Shown: in pieces, positions 11,001 through 23,554 of the stretch
Layout of the letters: every line of letters starts with the position of its first letter
Numbering within the stretch: position 1 is the first letter of the stretch
Source: Catajapyx aquilonaris
Lineage: Eukaryota
Assembly: GCA_000934665.2 (NCBI GenBank)
Contig: KZ538397.1
Span: forward strand, 1-64,000
Reading direction: 5' to 3'
Length of the DNA: 64,000 bases
Made by a program: the position numbers and the translations under genes
Notes under the pieces: generated by a model
Seen by the model: the letters and a program-made list of their open reading frames with translations, nothing else
What the model was told of the DNA's origin: nothing
Databases searched by the model: none

Positions 11001-14000
11001 AATGATGTTCTACTTGTATTATTAGCCTACTACTTGTAATATATTTAAAGGGGCTTAATAGCACCCGGTTCTATATACATTTCAACTTGGAGATTCATTC
11101 ATTTGAGACGCAATGCTTTCTACTAAAACTGAAAGCATGTTCTACTGAGTATGTAGGCCTACCTAAGAAACACCTTACTGATACATTACAATCATATCTG
11201 TCAATCATTTGCACCTAAAATACAAAGCACGGTATATAAGAAATATTTAAATATCGAATATCTGTTACAGATTCTGCATATGTACAGTACTTATTGTGGT
11301 TTAGTGGACATTATTGCCAAAATATACCAGCTATCTCAAGAGGCAAGAGCTATCCTGTTTATAAAAAGTTGACAAGTAGACATGGCTGCAATAATAGTAA
11401 TAATCAGTTTTAGAGTACCGGTACCGATAATTTATGGTGAGTAAACCTTCTCAGTTGAATGCATTAGGGGTTGATGCAATGAAAACAGTATACTTCACTC
11501 ATACTATACAAAAAATATATATCACGATGCAGAGTAACACGCACATTAATCTTGTATGCCTCTATCATAGTAATAATGATCGCAGGGACAAACTCTTGAC
11601 AGCGACGTGCAAGATATTCTTGCACAAACGTCTTTTTGTACAATTTTCCATCATAACAAATCCAGTGCACGGTCATTGAGTATGCACAGGGCCCATCTCA
11701 TATTGCACAAACACATCTCATACATCACACCTTATTTTCGTTTTCATTCTACATGAAATAATACGCCATCACATATGCTACGAGAACTAATGCTCAATGA
11801 TGTAGTTTGAAATGAGACTCTTCACTGTTTTTGTATTTTCTTCTAATTAATAGATGACTACCATTACTTTAGAGTACAGTACCAGTAGTTCTAAAACAAG
11901 TGGGATTACCATACTAAAAGCAATATAACGTGTAATAAGAAAGTGGTTATTATATGCGCCACATTAAAAAAAACAATCATCAATATGACAAACACACATA
12001 AACCTGAATGACTGAAAGCCAGCAAACAAAACACAAAAATCTTTCTGACCTCTTCAGTTCTTGGAGCAGTCAACAAAGGCAGCAAACACATACAGTATAT
12101 CATTGTAAGGACGGAACATATTGTACAACAGTTGGCATTTTCGACGGGGATAGTTTTTGCAACTTAAAAGGTTGTGCTCAGAATCATTATCCTCCAAAAA
12201 GGGTAGGGACAGCCTAATATGCTATTCAAAGATTGCGTTAGAATGACCCTCGCTTCCAACATGATATTGCAGTGTAAATGCAGTGCAAGAGAGCATTAGG
12301 TCCAGGAGCAGAAGGCGGATTGGGTAGCCCACTAGCACCACCTGGTGGCAAAAAGAACTATCTCATAGCGACTGTCCCTTCTTCCCTTTTGTCGGATGTA
12401 TAGTGTAATGGTACTGGCAGACGCGAATAATTTGCCAAACTGATGACGATGATGCCTGCATGCATGAATGCTACTTGCCTTCACAAGTTAACGGGAAGGG
12501 AGTCTGAAAGTCATTAGAAATTTTAGGATGGAGCAACATTTATCGCAAGGTACATTTTCGAACTGCACTTATCTTGCACTTATCAATGCGGGGGAACACA
12601 ATGTTGATTGTTCAGTTTCGGAATTTTTCTTAACTTGCCAAGGCATTGTACACCTATTTACGTAACAGCATGACAAATGGGCCAATTTAATACTTTAGGA
12701 AAGTAATTGCATGTAACAGCTATAAATAAAAAAGCTTCCAACCGACTCTCAACTGCTAAAATGCTCATTGTTAATGGCAGCTTTAGTTTGCTCATATTGT
12801 CATCCAGACGCCAGACCTCCCGTTACATTGTCAGTAAGCGGTGTCGTAACGTTTACATCACAGTGGCTTACTGATCGAGTGAAGATTTTCCTCTGGTACT
12901 CGCATTAGTTATCACAGACTCTACCGCAGTATGCATGACAGTGCGCTCGATATTCCTGTTTCCAGCAAAAGAAGAACAAAAGAAGAGGCAATGACTCTCA
13001 GAGTTTCCCTTCCATTCGGAAAAAAGGTCGAGTTTGGACGCTATTCATATAATATATGGACTGGACCATTTGTTGCCCTTTCTGACTGTTCCTAGTCATC
13101 TGAAACACTTCATAGCAGAAACTGTAAAATCATGCTCTACTGTCCAAATTTATCAGTCGTGAGCCCAAACAAAACCGAAACACAAGCTAAGCTACTGTAT
13201 CACTATAAACACTGTCCAAAATTTGTAATATGTACTGTACGTAGTTATATAAATATTTCATTCTATGTGTATTCAACAATAAAGGCTCACCTTGCACTTG
13301 ACCTGTTTGAATCAAAGGCTGCGTTGGGATTAAAGTGACCAAGATTGAGCTGGATAACACGATAATGGATGGATTATCATCAGACGTTATATTATAGCGT
13401 GTTAGGATCATTCTATCTTGGCCATCGGACAAAACAAAAAGCCACCCTGAACCGTTTCCATTTTTATCTCATCAATATGACTACTAAATTGTCTCTCTGA
13501 GAAATATAACAGTTCACATTATTTTCTTCTTGAAAATAAATCATCCACTACCTTGATTTTTCACAAGGATTCCAATCTTGCAATGTGAAATGCAGTTTCA
13601 GTTGCTACTGTCTCTTGTTTTTAAAAATCACGTGTTTCCATGCGTGTAACAAGACCCGATCGGGCCATCTCTGAAAATAGGCAAAAGCCCAAGTAGCGGT
13701 CAGTGGTAATGACACACCCGTTGGTTGCAACATACCGGTTTGTCTTAAAAGGCAGTCCCTACCAGGCTGCCCACACTCAGGAAAACTACACACGGCTAGG
13801 CCTACTCGCCAACAGTCGAGTAGTTTCACCAAAAAAGCGTCACGAACAATCGAGAAGCACTTGTTGGTATACGGTACTCACATTTGAACTAACTTGTCAC
13901 GGTGCAAACACTCGGCATTAAAATCACAATGACGCAAGACGAGTGAGGCTGTTACAATGAATATTGCAGTTTTGGCAAACACTGATCCACGCGGTGGGTA

Positions 14001-14140
14001 AAAACAACTGTATATGTGTGCTTGGTATGCCTAGGTATGTAGCTTCCATGGCGGGTGTGCGACTCGGGTATGACCACGGTGTGCAGCTGCACTAAAATGT
14101 ACTGTATCTTCTGCCGGCTATGGGATGTTTTATTGATGAT

Positions 14141-14281
14141 TCAGTGTCGAAGCCCGAACATGTTGGACAGCTCCCAATCCTCAAAGTCCACTGGACCGAA
14201 ACAGTCGTTGAGGAAGGCCTCCATGGCTTTGTACAGGTGAATCTTGACGCCACTCAGTCTGTGGTTCTCATCTGGATAAGC
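14141..14281 (-). CDS. DPP terminal exon with catalytic His (AYPDENHRL...FGLRH*)
   Basis: gtgacag acceptor, 47 codons ending in TGA at 14143-14141. Confidence 0.92.
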   Translation of the reverse strand, partial: AYPDENHRLSGVKIHLYKAMEAFLNDCFGPVDFEDWELSNMFGLRH

Positions 14282-17200
14282 CTGTCACATTCAAATAAAA
14301 TGGAGGGAGAATTTGAAAAATGGAGGGAGATTGTTACTTCTGAACCAGCACAGTAACTCCAGTCAATCCATGCATATTTATCAGTAGGTCACTGCAAAAG
14401 CAACAAGTGGTGACTCGTCTTATACGTAGCCCTATAATTTTAAACGGTGACACATATTAGTGGGTCTTGATTCTATAGTTCACGTTTAAAACTTTAAACA
14501 GATTTTTCACCAATTTCATGCTCCTATAGGTCGAATTTTCGTGCAATTGACTGCTTTACGTTAGCATTTAATGCTAACGTAATGCAGTCAATTGCAAGAA
14601 AACGCGTTAAAAACAGGTCCCGAGCTACGTTAAAATTTTTGTTTCATAGATTTTTTGATCGGGGACTACATGCATTCGATGAAGTTTTAAAAGCTCAATC
14701 ACACCTTATTCAAATAGAAGGACGTTTTCTGCCTCCATGAAGAGAAAAACCATTTAGACATCTTCTGAAGATATTAAACTAAGACATACCTGGTGCCTAA
14801 AAATCACACCCTCTTGTACAAGGGCCTTTCCAAACATAACACTCTGCTGATAGTGGACATTGTCGTCAGCTGTCCCATGAACAAGCAAAAAGAGCTTGTC
14901 CTTGAGGTTTCCAGCTCGACGAGTCACGTCAGCTCTTTCGTAACCCCGATAATTGTCCGTGGCATTGGGGTAGCCCATGTAGCGTTCAGTATATGCTGAA
15001 TCTGAAGGCAAACATCGTCATAGTAAATTTCAGTGTTTAACTAAGTAACTAAAACATAAAGTAGCTTTACATAAAGTATGTCAGATGTTGTATCTGAAAT
15101 CTCTGCACTGAGTGTGTATTACAATATGGTGGTTTTACTGGATCAGTGCAAAAATCCTGTTGTAAACAGCTGACAAAAATGACAGAAATCCTTGCCATAT
15201 AATTCCCACTTCGTCATTGGTGCGACAGATATTCCGCATTTGAACAATTGATCAGCGTCTTCTGCCATAATCATTGACGCTACATAACCACCATAGCTCC
15301 AACCCCAAACAGCCACGTGGTCTCTATCGATGAAATCAAAGCGGTCACAAAGGTACCTGCAAAAGAAACAGAATGCATGATATAAATATAATACTGCCTC
15401 TTCTCAAGCATCCGAAGTAACACATGAAGATATTGCACATTCAGCTCATGCCACAGGCGATGGGAAATATAATCTTACACTTACAGCTACATTCATGGAA
15501 CCTTAAAACATCACGCGATAATTTTTATGCAGTAGAAGACAAGGGGGGCAGCGAGGGGGCTAAAAAAACATGTGGCATACATGTCACGGAGATAACCTCT
15601 CGAAACTTTTTCCACATGTGAGAGTATCCTTTATCCGGCCCGGGGATCGAACGCGGGACCTCATAGGTTGTGACATTAGCCACACACCACCATGCTGCCC
15701 TCTCTACCAGCGTGTGCTTCTGCACAATCCCAATACACGCTACATTCATGAGGTAATACCTCAGGTGTAGCCTCAGCCCTCTCCCTTTGCAAGTACCATC
15801 CCTGATTATAGCATGTTAGTGCAATAATAAGTATGATAACAAGTCATTAAACTGACTTGGTGACAGCAATTTGATCTTCAACTTCGACAGAGCCCAGGTT
15901 GTAGTAAATATGGTGAAGCATGCGATCTCCCTGGAATCCAGAGCCTCTGCCATCGATCTGAGCTACTATGAAGTTTCTCTGGCTTGTGAGGTATGCATTC
16001 CAGTCCAGACCCCATTTGTTGGATACCTGTTGAGATCCAGGACCACCGTACCTGGAATGAGAAACCAAATACCATACTGGAATAGCAGCTAAATGCATTG
16101 GGTCAAATTGGCTCAGAATACAGGAATACTCACACTTGGAGAACGAGTGGAAACTTCATGTTGTCATAATCTCGAAACCCTGGAGGGTAGAGGAGCCTAA
16201 CCTGTGCAGTGCCACCTTCTACTTCAACCTGAAATCATACAGCATGGTTTGAACCACAATAGGTTTCACAAAAATTAAGTCAGACCTTGTAAGTTTTGAC
16301 TTGAGGCAACGCAAGTTGGTCGACGGCTTCCCGAAGAGCTGTGTTGTTGTTGAGGATCATAAGCAGCGCTCCGTCGGTGATATTGTGGAGGCTGATGAAA
16401 GGCACACTGGGGCCTCGACAGTCCCGGATAAAGAAGTCGTAGGCAGGGCTGAGCATGATGACGTTGTACAGACAGTTGGGAACCTCAATCCCGTCTGATG
16501 CATAGTCATCAGAAGCCTTGCTTGGATGATCACAAGTCAAGCACTCCGATGGTCTGGGTGGTTTGTCTGTTATGTTCAACCGGTACATGTGACGTTCACC
16601 AGGCTCACCTTCGGGTGCTGCTATGTAGTATCTAAAGGGAACAAGGCAGTTTTAATAAATGACATCCATTGCCATGTTTCATCAAGGATGAGAAACTCTA
16701 TAGTAAAACATCTGATTATTGGAATAGATGTGGTTGATGTGGCTACTCTTCATTTGGGGAGAGTTTAAAGGGACACTCCACTCAAAATACAAGTTGGGTT
16801 CTAAAAATCGGGCAAAAAATCCTGATTCCGAGGGTATAAGCAGTTTTTCTTAGAGACGAACGGTAAGGCCAGTGTGAAAGCTGGAAGTGTGTCGTTCGAA
16901 AACCGCGCGCGGGGCAGGTGGGCGCAGGTGGCGACGCCACCAGAGTGGAACCGGGCGGAACTAGAGAATGCATCCTGGCGCGGCAGTTGTTTGTTGAGCA
17001 CATTCTCTACTTCTCCGGCTTGCCGCGGGGTGCTGTTGTATCGCCCTTCTTAGCAGACGACGTGTGTAGATATATGATTTTCCGTGTTACCGTTGGGCGT
17101 AGGAAAAAACCGATTGCAAATTCGGAATCAGAATTTTTTGCCCGATTTTTGGGGGCCAACTTGTATTTTGAGTGGAGTGTCCCTTTAACAACAGCAATAT

Positions 17201-20200
17201 TGGCACCAGGCTACTTAATTTGCGTGATAGGAATCCAGCTGTGCCAGGTAGGTCATACAGTAAAATTATATACTGTTATGGGACTTTAGATACTCACTCA
17301 TAAAATACTGTACGACCAGTGAAGGTCTATGTACTTTTATTGGACCCTCTACATTATGGCTGACATTCTGGTACAGTGCTGCACTTGATGCAGTATTTAT
17401 ACGTTTGCGGGCTAAAAAAAGAATTGGGTTGCTTTATAGGTTTGGTAAATAAATAACCACAACGCATTAGTGCGCTTTGTCCATGGAGGATACTCCTTTC
17501 GATAGGATTTGGAGCCCTGATAATATCGCACTGCAGCTCTAAATATAAGAATCGGCTTTGGAATCGGCCCTGTCTATTATGCATTGGGAGAAAAAGTGCG
17601 CAATCATCTTTCCCTTGACCCACCCTTTCATGCACTTCCCTCTCTCAAGTCGTAAATGGACAGGCTCGATGCTTACATTTAATGCTTCAAAAACAACATG
17701 GGCCTATCAGGATCGCTCATTTGTTGGGTCACTACTACTGCTGCCATATAAGTTAATCAGTAAGTAATTATTACAAATCATTCTGCAGTATTTAGTGTCG
17801 AGAGATGTGGCGTCTTGGATTATTTTTTTTGCAATACATCACAGCCATGCATTTCACTGGCATTATGCCGGATAATTCTTGGAAATTACGGCCACACTAT
17901 AATGTCTTCACGTACACATCTCAATAATCGGGGAATTAATTTTCAACTCCTATGACAGTGCGATTATGAGGCAACTAATCGGATTGTTTCATGCCCAATA
18001 CTTCTGCATTTATAGAACTGTAAATGGTTTATGTCCCCAAAATGCAACAATAATTCCCTCCTCATTTTTGCAATAAATTACTCGGCGTATAAACTTTCGA
18101 GGAATTATGTGAAATATTTTGTCGTCCAGCTTTATCCAAACCAGCCAAGTGACACGGCAGTTATTGAGTGTGTCATATCCCCAGGAAAAAGTAATTAATT
18201 CCGAACGCTGAGGAATATCTTACGCTAAAGCGATTATCCGACAGAGGACAAATTCCTAGTAACGAGGTTTTAATCGAACTTTTTCGGTTCGACGGGTAGT
18301 TAATTCTAACGCCATCCCCCATCCAATTGACGCAAAGTAATGCCCGGAGGAAAAGCCCAAAGAATTACGAAAAATAATTGCCTCTTCATACTTACATCAC
18401 CAGCTAAACCGCAAGGTATTAGTGTAGACAATAATTACAGGCCTTGACTCATATAATGTGTAACAACCACATTCAATATAACATGGACTATCGTAGCCTA
18501 CCTAAACTCTATGTGTCAAAAATATAACGAGGGCATTTCAATAAAGACTGATCATGATTTTTTAAATGAGAAAGTATAGGAAGTAATATTATGATGGTGA
18601 TATATTTAAGTGCATCTGATGAAGATGGATGAGCATGCTTATGCGCAGAAGTCTACGGCGCATCATGCGGCTGTGGTGGCGGCACGAACACCACCATCCT
18701 TGATGTTGCCTCCCAAGTCATGGCGTCGACACACAGTACGCCGCGCTGAAATTCTGCTTTCACCTCAAGAAGACAGTCAGTGAGTCCTGCTCCACTCTGA
18801 ATTAGGAGTATAGAGAACATGTTCTGCCTGACAGTACGGCACTCCATTGTTTTAAAACATTCAAGAGGGGTTCCCAACTCACCTGCAAACAGGGAGCTTC
18901 AGGAGCTCCTGCCACAGCTGATACACGCCTCATATGCAGGTGGTCATGCATTATTGTGTTCATATCACCCACAGAGATATTTGTAACAAATAGGATAGGA
19001 CAATCAAAGTTACACAGTGGTCCCCTCACACGACGACTGAGGCTGTGTAGATGGCCACCTTTGTCACAGCTCTGGCAAGAGCTCCCGGAGCACCCTGTGT
19101 GCAGGTGTATTGGGGACCCATCTTGAACATATCTTTTCCATATGCCTATGTCAGCGTGGAGTACGACTCCCTGGCTGTCTTCTTGAGGCAAAAGCAGAAT
19201 TCAGCGCGGCGTACTGCTCCACACATGCCGATGCCATTAGGGAAGCGACATCAAGGGTGGGGGTGTTTGTGCTGCCACCACACCCACATGATGCGCAGTA
19301 GACTTCTGTGCATAAGCATGCACATGCATCTTCGACAGAGGTACATGAATATATCACCATCATGATAGTACTTCCTATATTTTCTCATTTAAAAAATCAT
19401 GATCAGTCTTTATTGAAAGTCCCTCGTATCAACAGTTCAAAAAGAATTGTCCCTCGCGTCGAGCGGGCAGCCACGCGTCAGGATGAAAGCAACCAGTTAA
19501 CTGGTTCCTTTCATCCTGACGCGTGGCTGCCCGCTCGACGCGAGGGACAATTCTTTTTGGACTGATGAGTACATGTCGAAATTGATAGATGTTGACTTGT
19601 TATAGGATATGAAGGTGACTTGCATGAGATTTCGTGGTTCATCCCATCCGAGAATATCGGTGACTTCGAACCGTCCTTGAGTCAGAGGAGTGACAGTGAA
19701 CTTGTCCATATCCGTATTGGTCGGTTCCTTTTGGATCAGGTTGACCTGCTTGAAATGTCCAGCATCGCCGTCCATCACAGGAAGCCGCAAGAGGCATTTG
19801 TCCTTGGCTTCTGAGAAGAACGGAGCTTCGTATATGTCCACCCATCCGTGAGTCACCTGAGCCCGGTGGAACTGAAGGGGAAGAAATGGATATTACCATA
19901 TTGCTAAGCAAAGTCAGGCCTGTCAAAAGTTTGTATGTCGTTCCCACGTCTTCATTTTTCCACTAGTGATTAGTACAGTAGACTACATGCCAAGAAAAGT
20001 TTCGGACAACTATCTTGGAGATATGCAACCAACAGTACTCTGTCAAATTGAAGGTAGAGTGCTGATGGTTGTATATCGCCTGGATACAAATACCCCAGCA
20101 TTTTTCATTATGACTTCTCACCAAAAGCAGTATTTTGTCACAAAAAATTTTCCCGAGTCAGATGCTGATCCTTTCTGAGCTAGTTATATCCCTTTCAGAA

Positions 20201-23200
20201 ACTTCCTTCACTGAAAATGGAACAGCTGGGAACTATGCCTTAATGCAACGTCCCTGGTACACCAGGTATTCATTTGTGGCTTGTCAGGTGCAAATTGAAA
20301 TTGATAAAAATGTCTGGCTTGACAATACATTGTTCCTTGTTATTGAAAGAAAAAAAAATGCTTCTCGATGAACACGCCGCATTAAAGCGGGACGCTCCAT
20401 TTGCAGTAAACTCTAGACTCTCTGTGACAGCAAGCTTAGTAAGAAACGAATGCCAGGAAACTCGTACACTCCCAATTCCCAATCCCACGACATTGCGGGA
20501 ATTTGCTAAGTACGGCCCAAATCCCTACTCGCCATTTAAATTAATGGGGCCACTATATAAACCAAGTGGGGAATTCACAGAGGCTGTCCAGCTGCAACGT
20601 CTGATGTTACTTAAACACAATTTTAAGGTGCTTATCACTTGAATAGTGAATCCATGAATCAAATGAATTATTATCTCCACTTACGTCTGGGCAATTCCAA
20701 ACATCGCCGGAGCAGACTGTTACTATAGACACATTCTGCTTTCGGTTCATCCACACTACTGCCACCTCTCGGTTGCTGATCCACTTCGCCGCTGTGAAAT
20801 AGTGGTCCCTGCAAAATGAAACACTTGATAACTATCAAGTGCATTCAACTTCAAATTATTTTTTTCACCGCTTCATAGTCATTATATAGTGCGCGAGTCT
20901 GACTAAATTTTTGCTATTATGAACAGAGCGCTGTAATTAAATCGCGATTCTAATTCGCACATTCCCACTCGAATCATCCAATAAATGCAACGTAAACAAC
21001 GGGTTTGGCCAGGCACGAGAGGAGACGTATAGCACGACACAGAAAAGTACGAGTTAGAAAAAGTGTCATTAATTCCGCGGCTCAGCACTCCATGGCTGGC
21101 AGCAGGATTAAATGGGATTCCGACAGTTGCCAAGTGCTTACGAGTGCGCGAACTCTCCACTTTGCTGCCAGCAGTCAAGTTTAATGGCAGGCTCCTCTAC
21201 ACATAGTGTACAGGACCTTGCATTATGTGCTCTTCAACCCGGCAGAGGCGCAGTTGCAAACTAGGACAAGTGACCTCTCCGGACAAAATGGGTGGAATTT
21301 GCGTCTTACTGCTAATTACTGCTAACTTAACAGTATCAGTGTTGGCACACTGCTAAGTTAGCAGTAACTAGCAGTGGGACGAAAATTCCACCCAGTGTCA
21401 CTTTCATCCTTCTCTGGAGTATAGCTAGTGTATTAGTGGGTTTCATAACGGTATCATCCCATGTCAAATATGGGCCCATTTGACATTATTAACGAATTAA
21501 TGGCATATGTGCAAAAGGTCGGTTCATTTAATCTGATTTAAAAATTGCGCCATTTTGCGATTTTTCAGGCTACCACGTGTAAGTTTTTCGGATCACTTGC
21601 CCCGTTCTCGTCTACTATGTCGGGTAACTGAAAAGTCGTGTTCCCTTCGTATAACATGCACTCAATATATACGAGAGTTAAATAAACCGTCATAATGGAG
21701 GGCAGCAGTTTTAGTGCCCTCTTGGTACAGAGGGTAGCATAAAATCGTTGAGATTCGGGTTCACTGAATCCATAAAAATTCACATCTTCAAATGGCCAAT
21801 AAAAAGAAAGATTCAAATCTCATCAACATCCGTATTCGAGAATCTGCATGACCTTAAGTGACACTCTGTACCCCCTGTGCCCATGTGATCCAGGGCCGAT
21901 TGCACACCGTGCCTGAAAGGTTGGGACGCTCATAAGAGCGATTCATGCAATCGGCCCATAATAACAAACATTACATCGACTACTTTCCCAAACGTATGAA
22001 AACTAACAGCAGCGCACGTAAGCCGCACATGGAACACTTTATATTCAAAGAACATATGCTTGAGTGATCCACATCAAACATTATCTGGACGGACAGAGCT
22101 GACATAGAGCATAGCGCCCGAGTATGACGTACGATTCCATGCAGCTAGCCATTAAGACATGGACACCAAACAGAGGACTGCCTTTGCGCTCAGCCAGGTC
22201 TCGAAATTCAGAACGACACACAGGAGTGCAACGGCGGCACTGACACGACAGGAATGGATGCAGATCGTTATGGATATGACGGGGGTAGGGGGTGCGCAGA
22301 ATATACATGGGGAGACAGCTAGAGTGATCTAGCTGCACAAACCACACGAGCACTAACTGATCTTTCACGCCGAGAGGTGGCTTCAGGTCGCGTGGCTTCA
22401 GGTTGGACACGTCGGACAGGTTCACAGCCCACAGCGTCACCGTCGGGTTAGTTGTACCCGCCTGTTGGAAAGTAAACAAAGTTCATCAGGTTGTTGATTA
22501 CACTTTTAGCATCACAAATAATCAAGATAACAAGATTCTCATTATTAGCATATTCAGTATTAATTAGTTTGTTACGTCATTTACACACTAGCGTCATTAT
22601 TAAGTGCATATATTTATGTACCCGTACAGCTGAAATCACATTGTTGTCTCTTTCATATCTCAGTTTTATATTTTTCTGACGGCTTCCTCAGACAATCCAC
22701 AACTGAGGTTCTCACTCTTCTCAGAACTGACTCTATTACGCTGTTCCGTTATCCACCTTCGGGATGAATGGGCAAATGAACTAACAAGGGAACGACCAAG
22801 GTCGGTCGCCTCCGATATGGTTGAAACTCGCTTGAGGGGTCACTCATGTGCTATAGACGCAGTGGTGAAAGTCCTAGATGACACTGTCCAGCCGTTTCCG
22901 AGATATGAGCGACAAAATAAAGTCCGAATTTTGGCCGCGTGCACAGATATCGGGTGGGAAGGGACAAGTGCAAGGTCCGGCAAGACCCCTATACGCGCGG
23001 CCAAAATTTGGATGTTTCTGTCGCTCATATATCAGAAACGGATGGACAGTGGCATCTAGGATTTTCACCACTGTGTCTATCGCACATGAGTGACCCCTCC
23101 AGCGAGTTTCAACCAAATCGGAGGCGACCGACCTTGGTCGTTCCCTTGTAAGAGATATAACAGGCGCACGATAAAAATAACTTTGAGCAATAATCCCAAC

Positions 23201-23476
23201 ATCCAATAGGAATCTCTGGTAATGGTGTGACATGCCATACCTCCAAAGCCATTCACTATTATTTGCAGCTCAAGACAGATCGACCAATTATTGTTAAGGG
23301 AGGAGGTAGTAATAGGGTATGGGGTCAAATGACAGCGCAAAGTTTTACTTTCGTTGCTTGGCTGCACAACTTTCTCTAACAAGGAGGCCTATTAACATCG
23401 TTTCAGGAGCATCATTTGCAGGTTTGATAAACTTCATTGTTACGACGGATGGAAGAAGCAATCAAGGCAGAACAGG

Positions 23477-23554
<78 letters not shown>

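Noticed and set aside
17860..18385. Segment enriched in TAATT/AATTA words
   Set aside because: No definable termini, period or TSD; probably an old repeat
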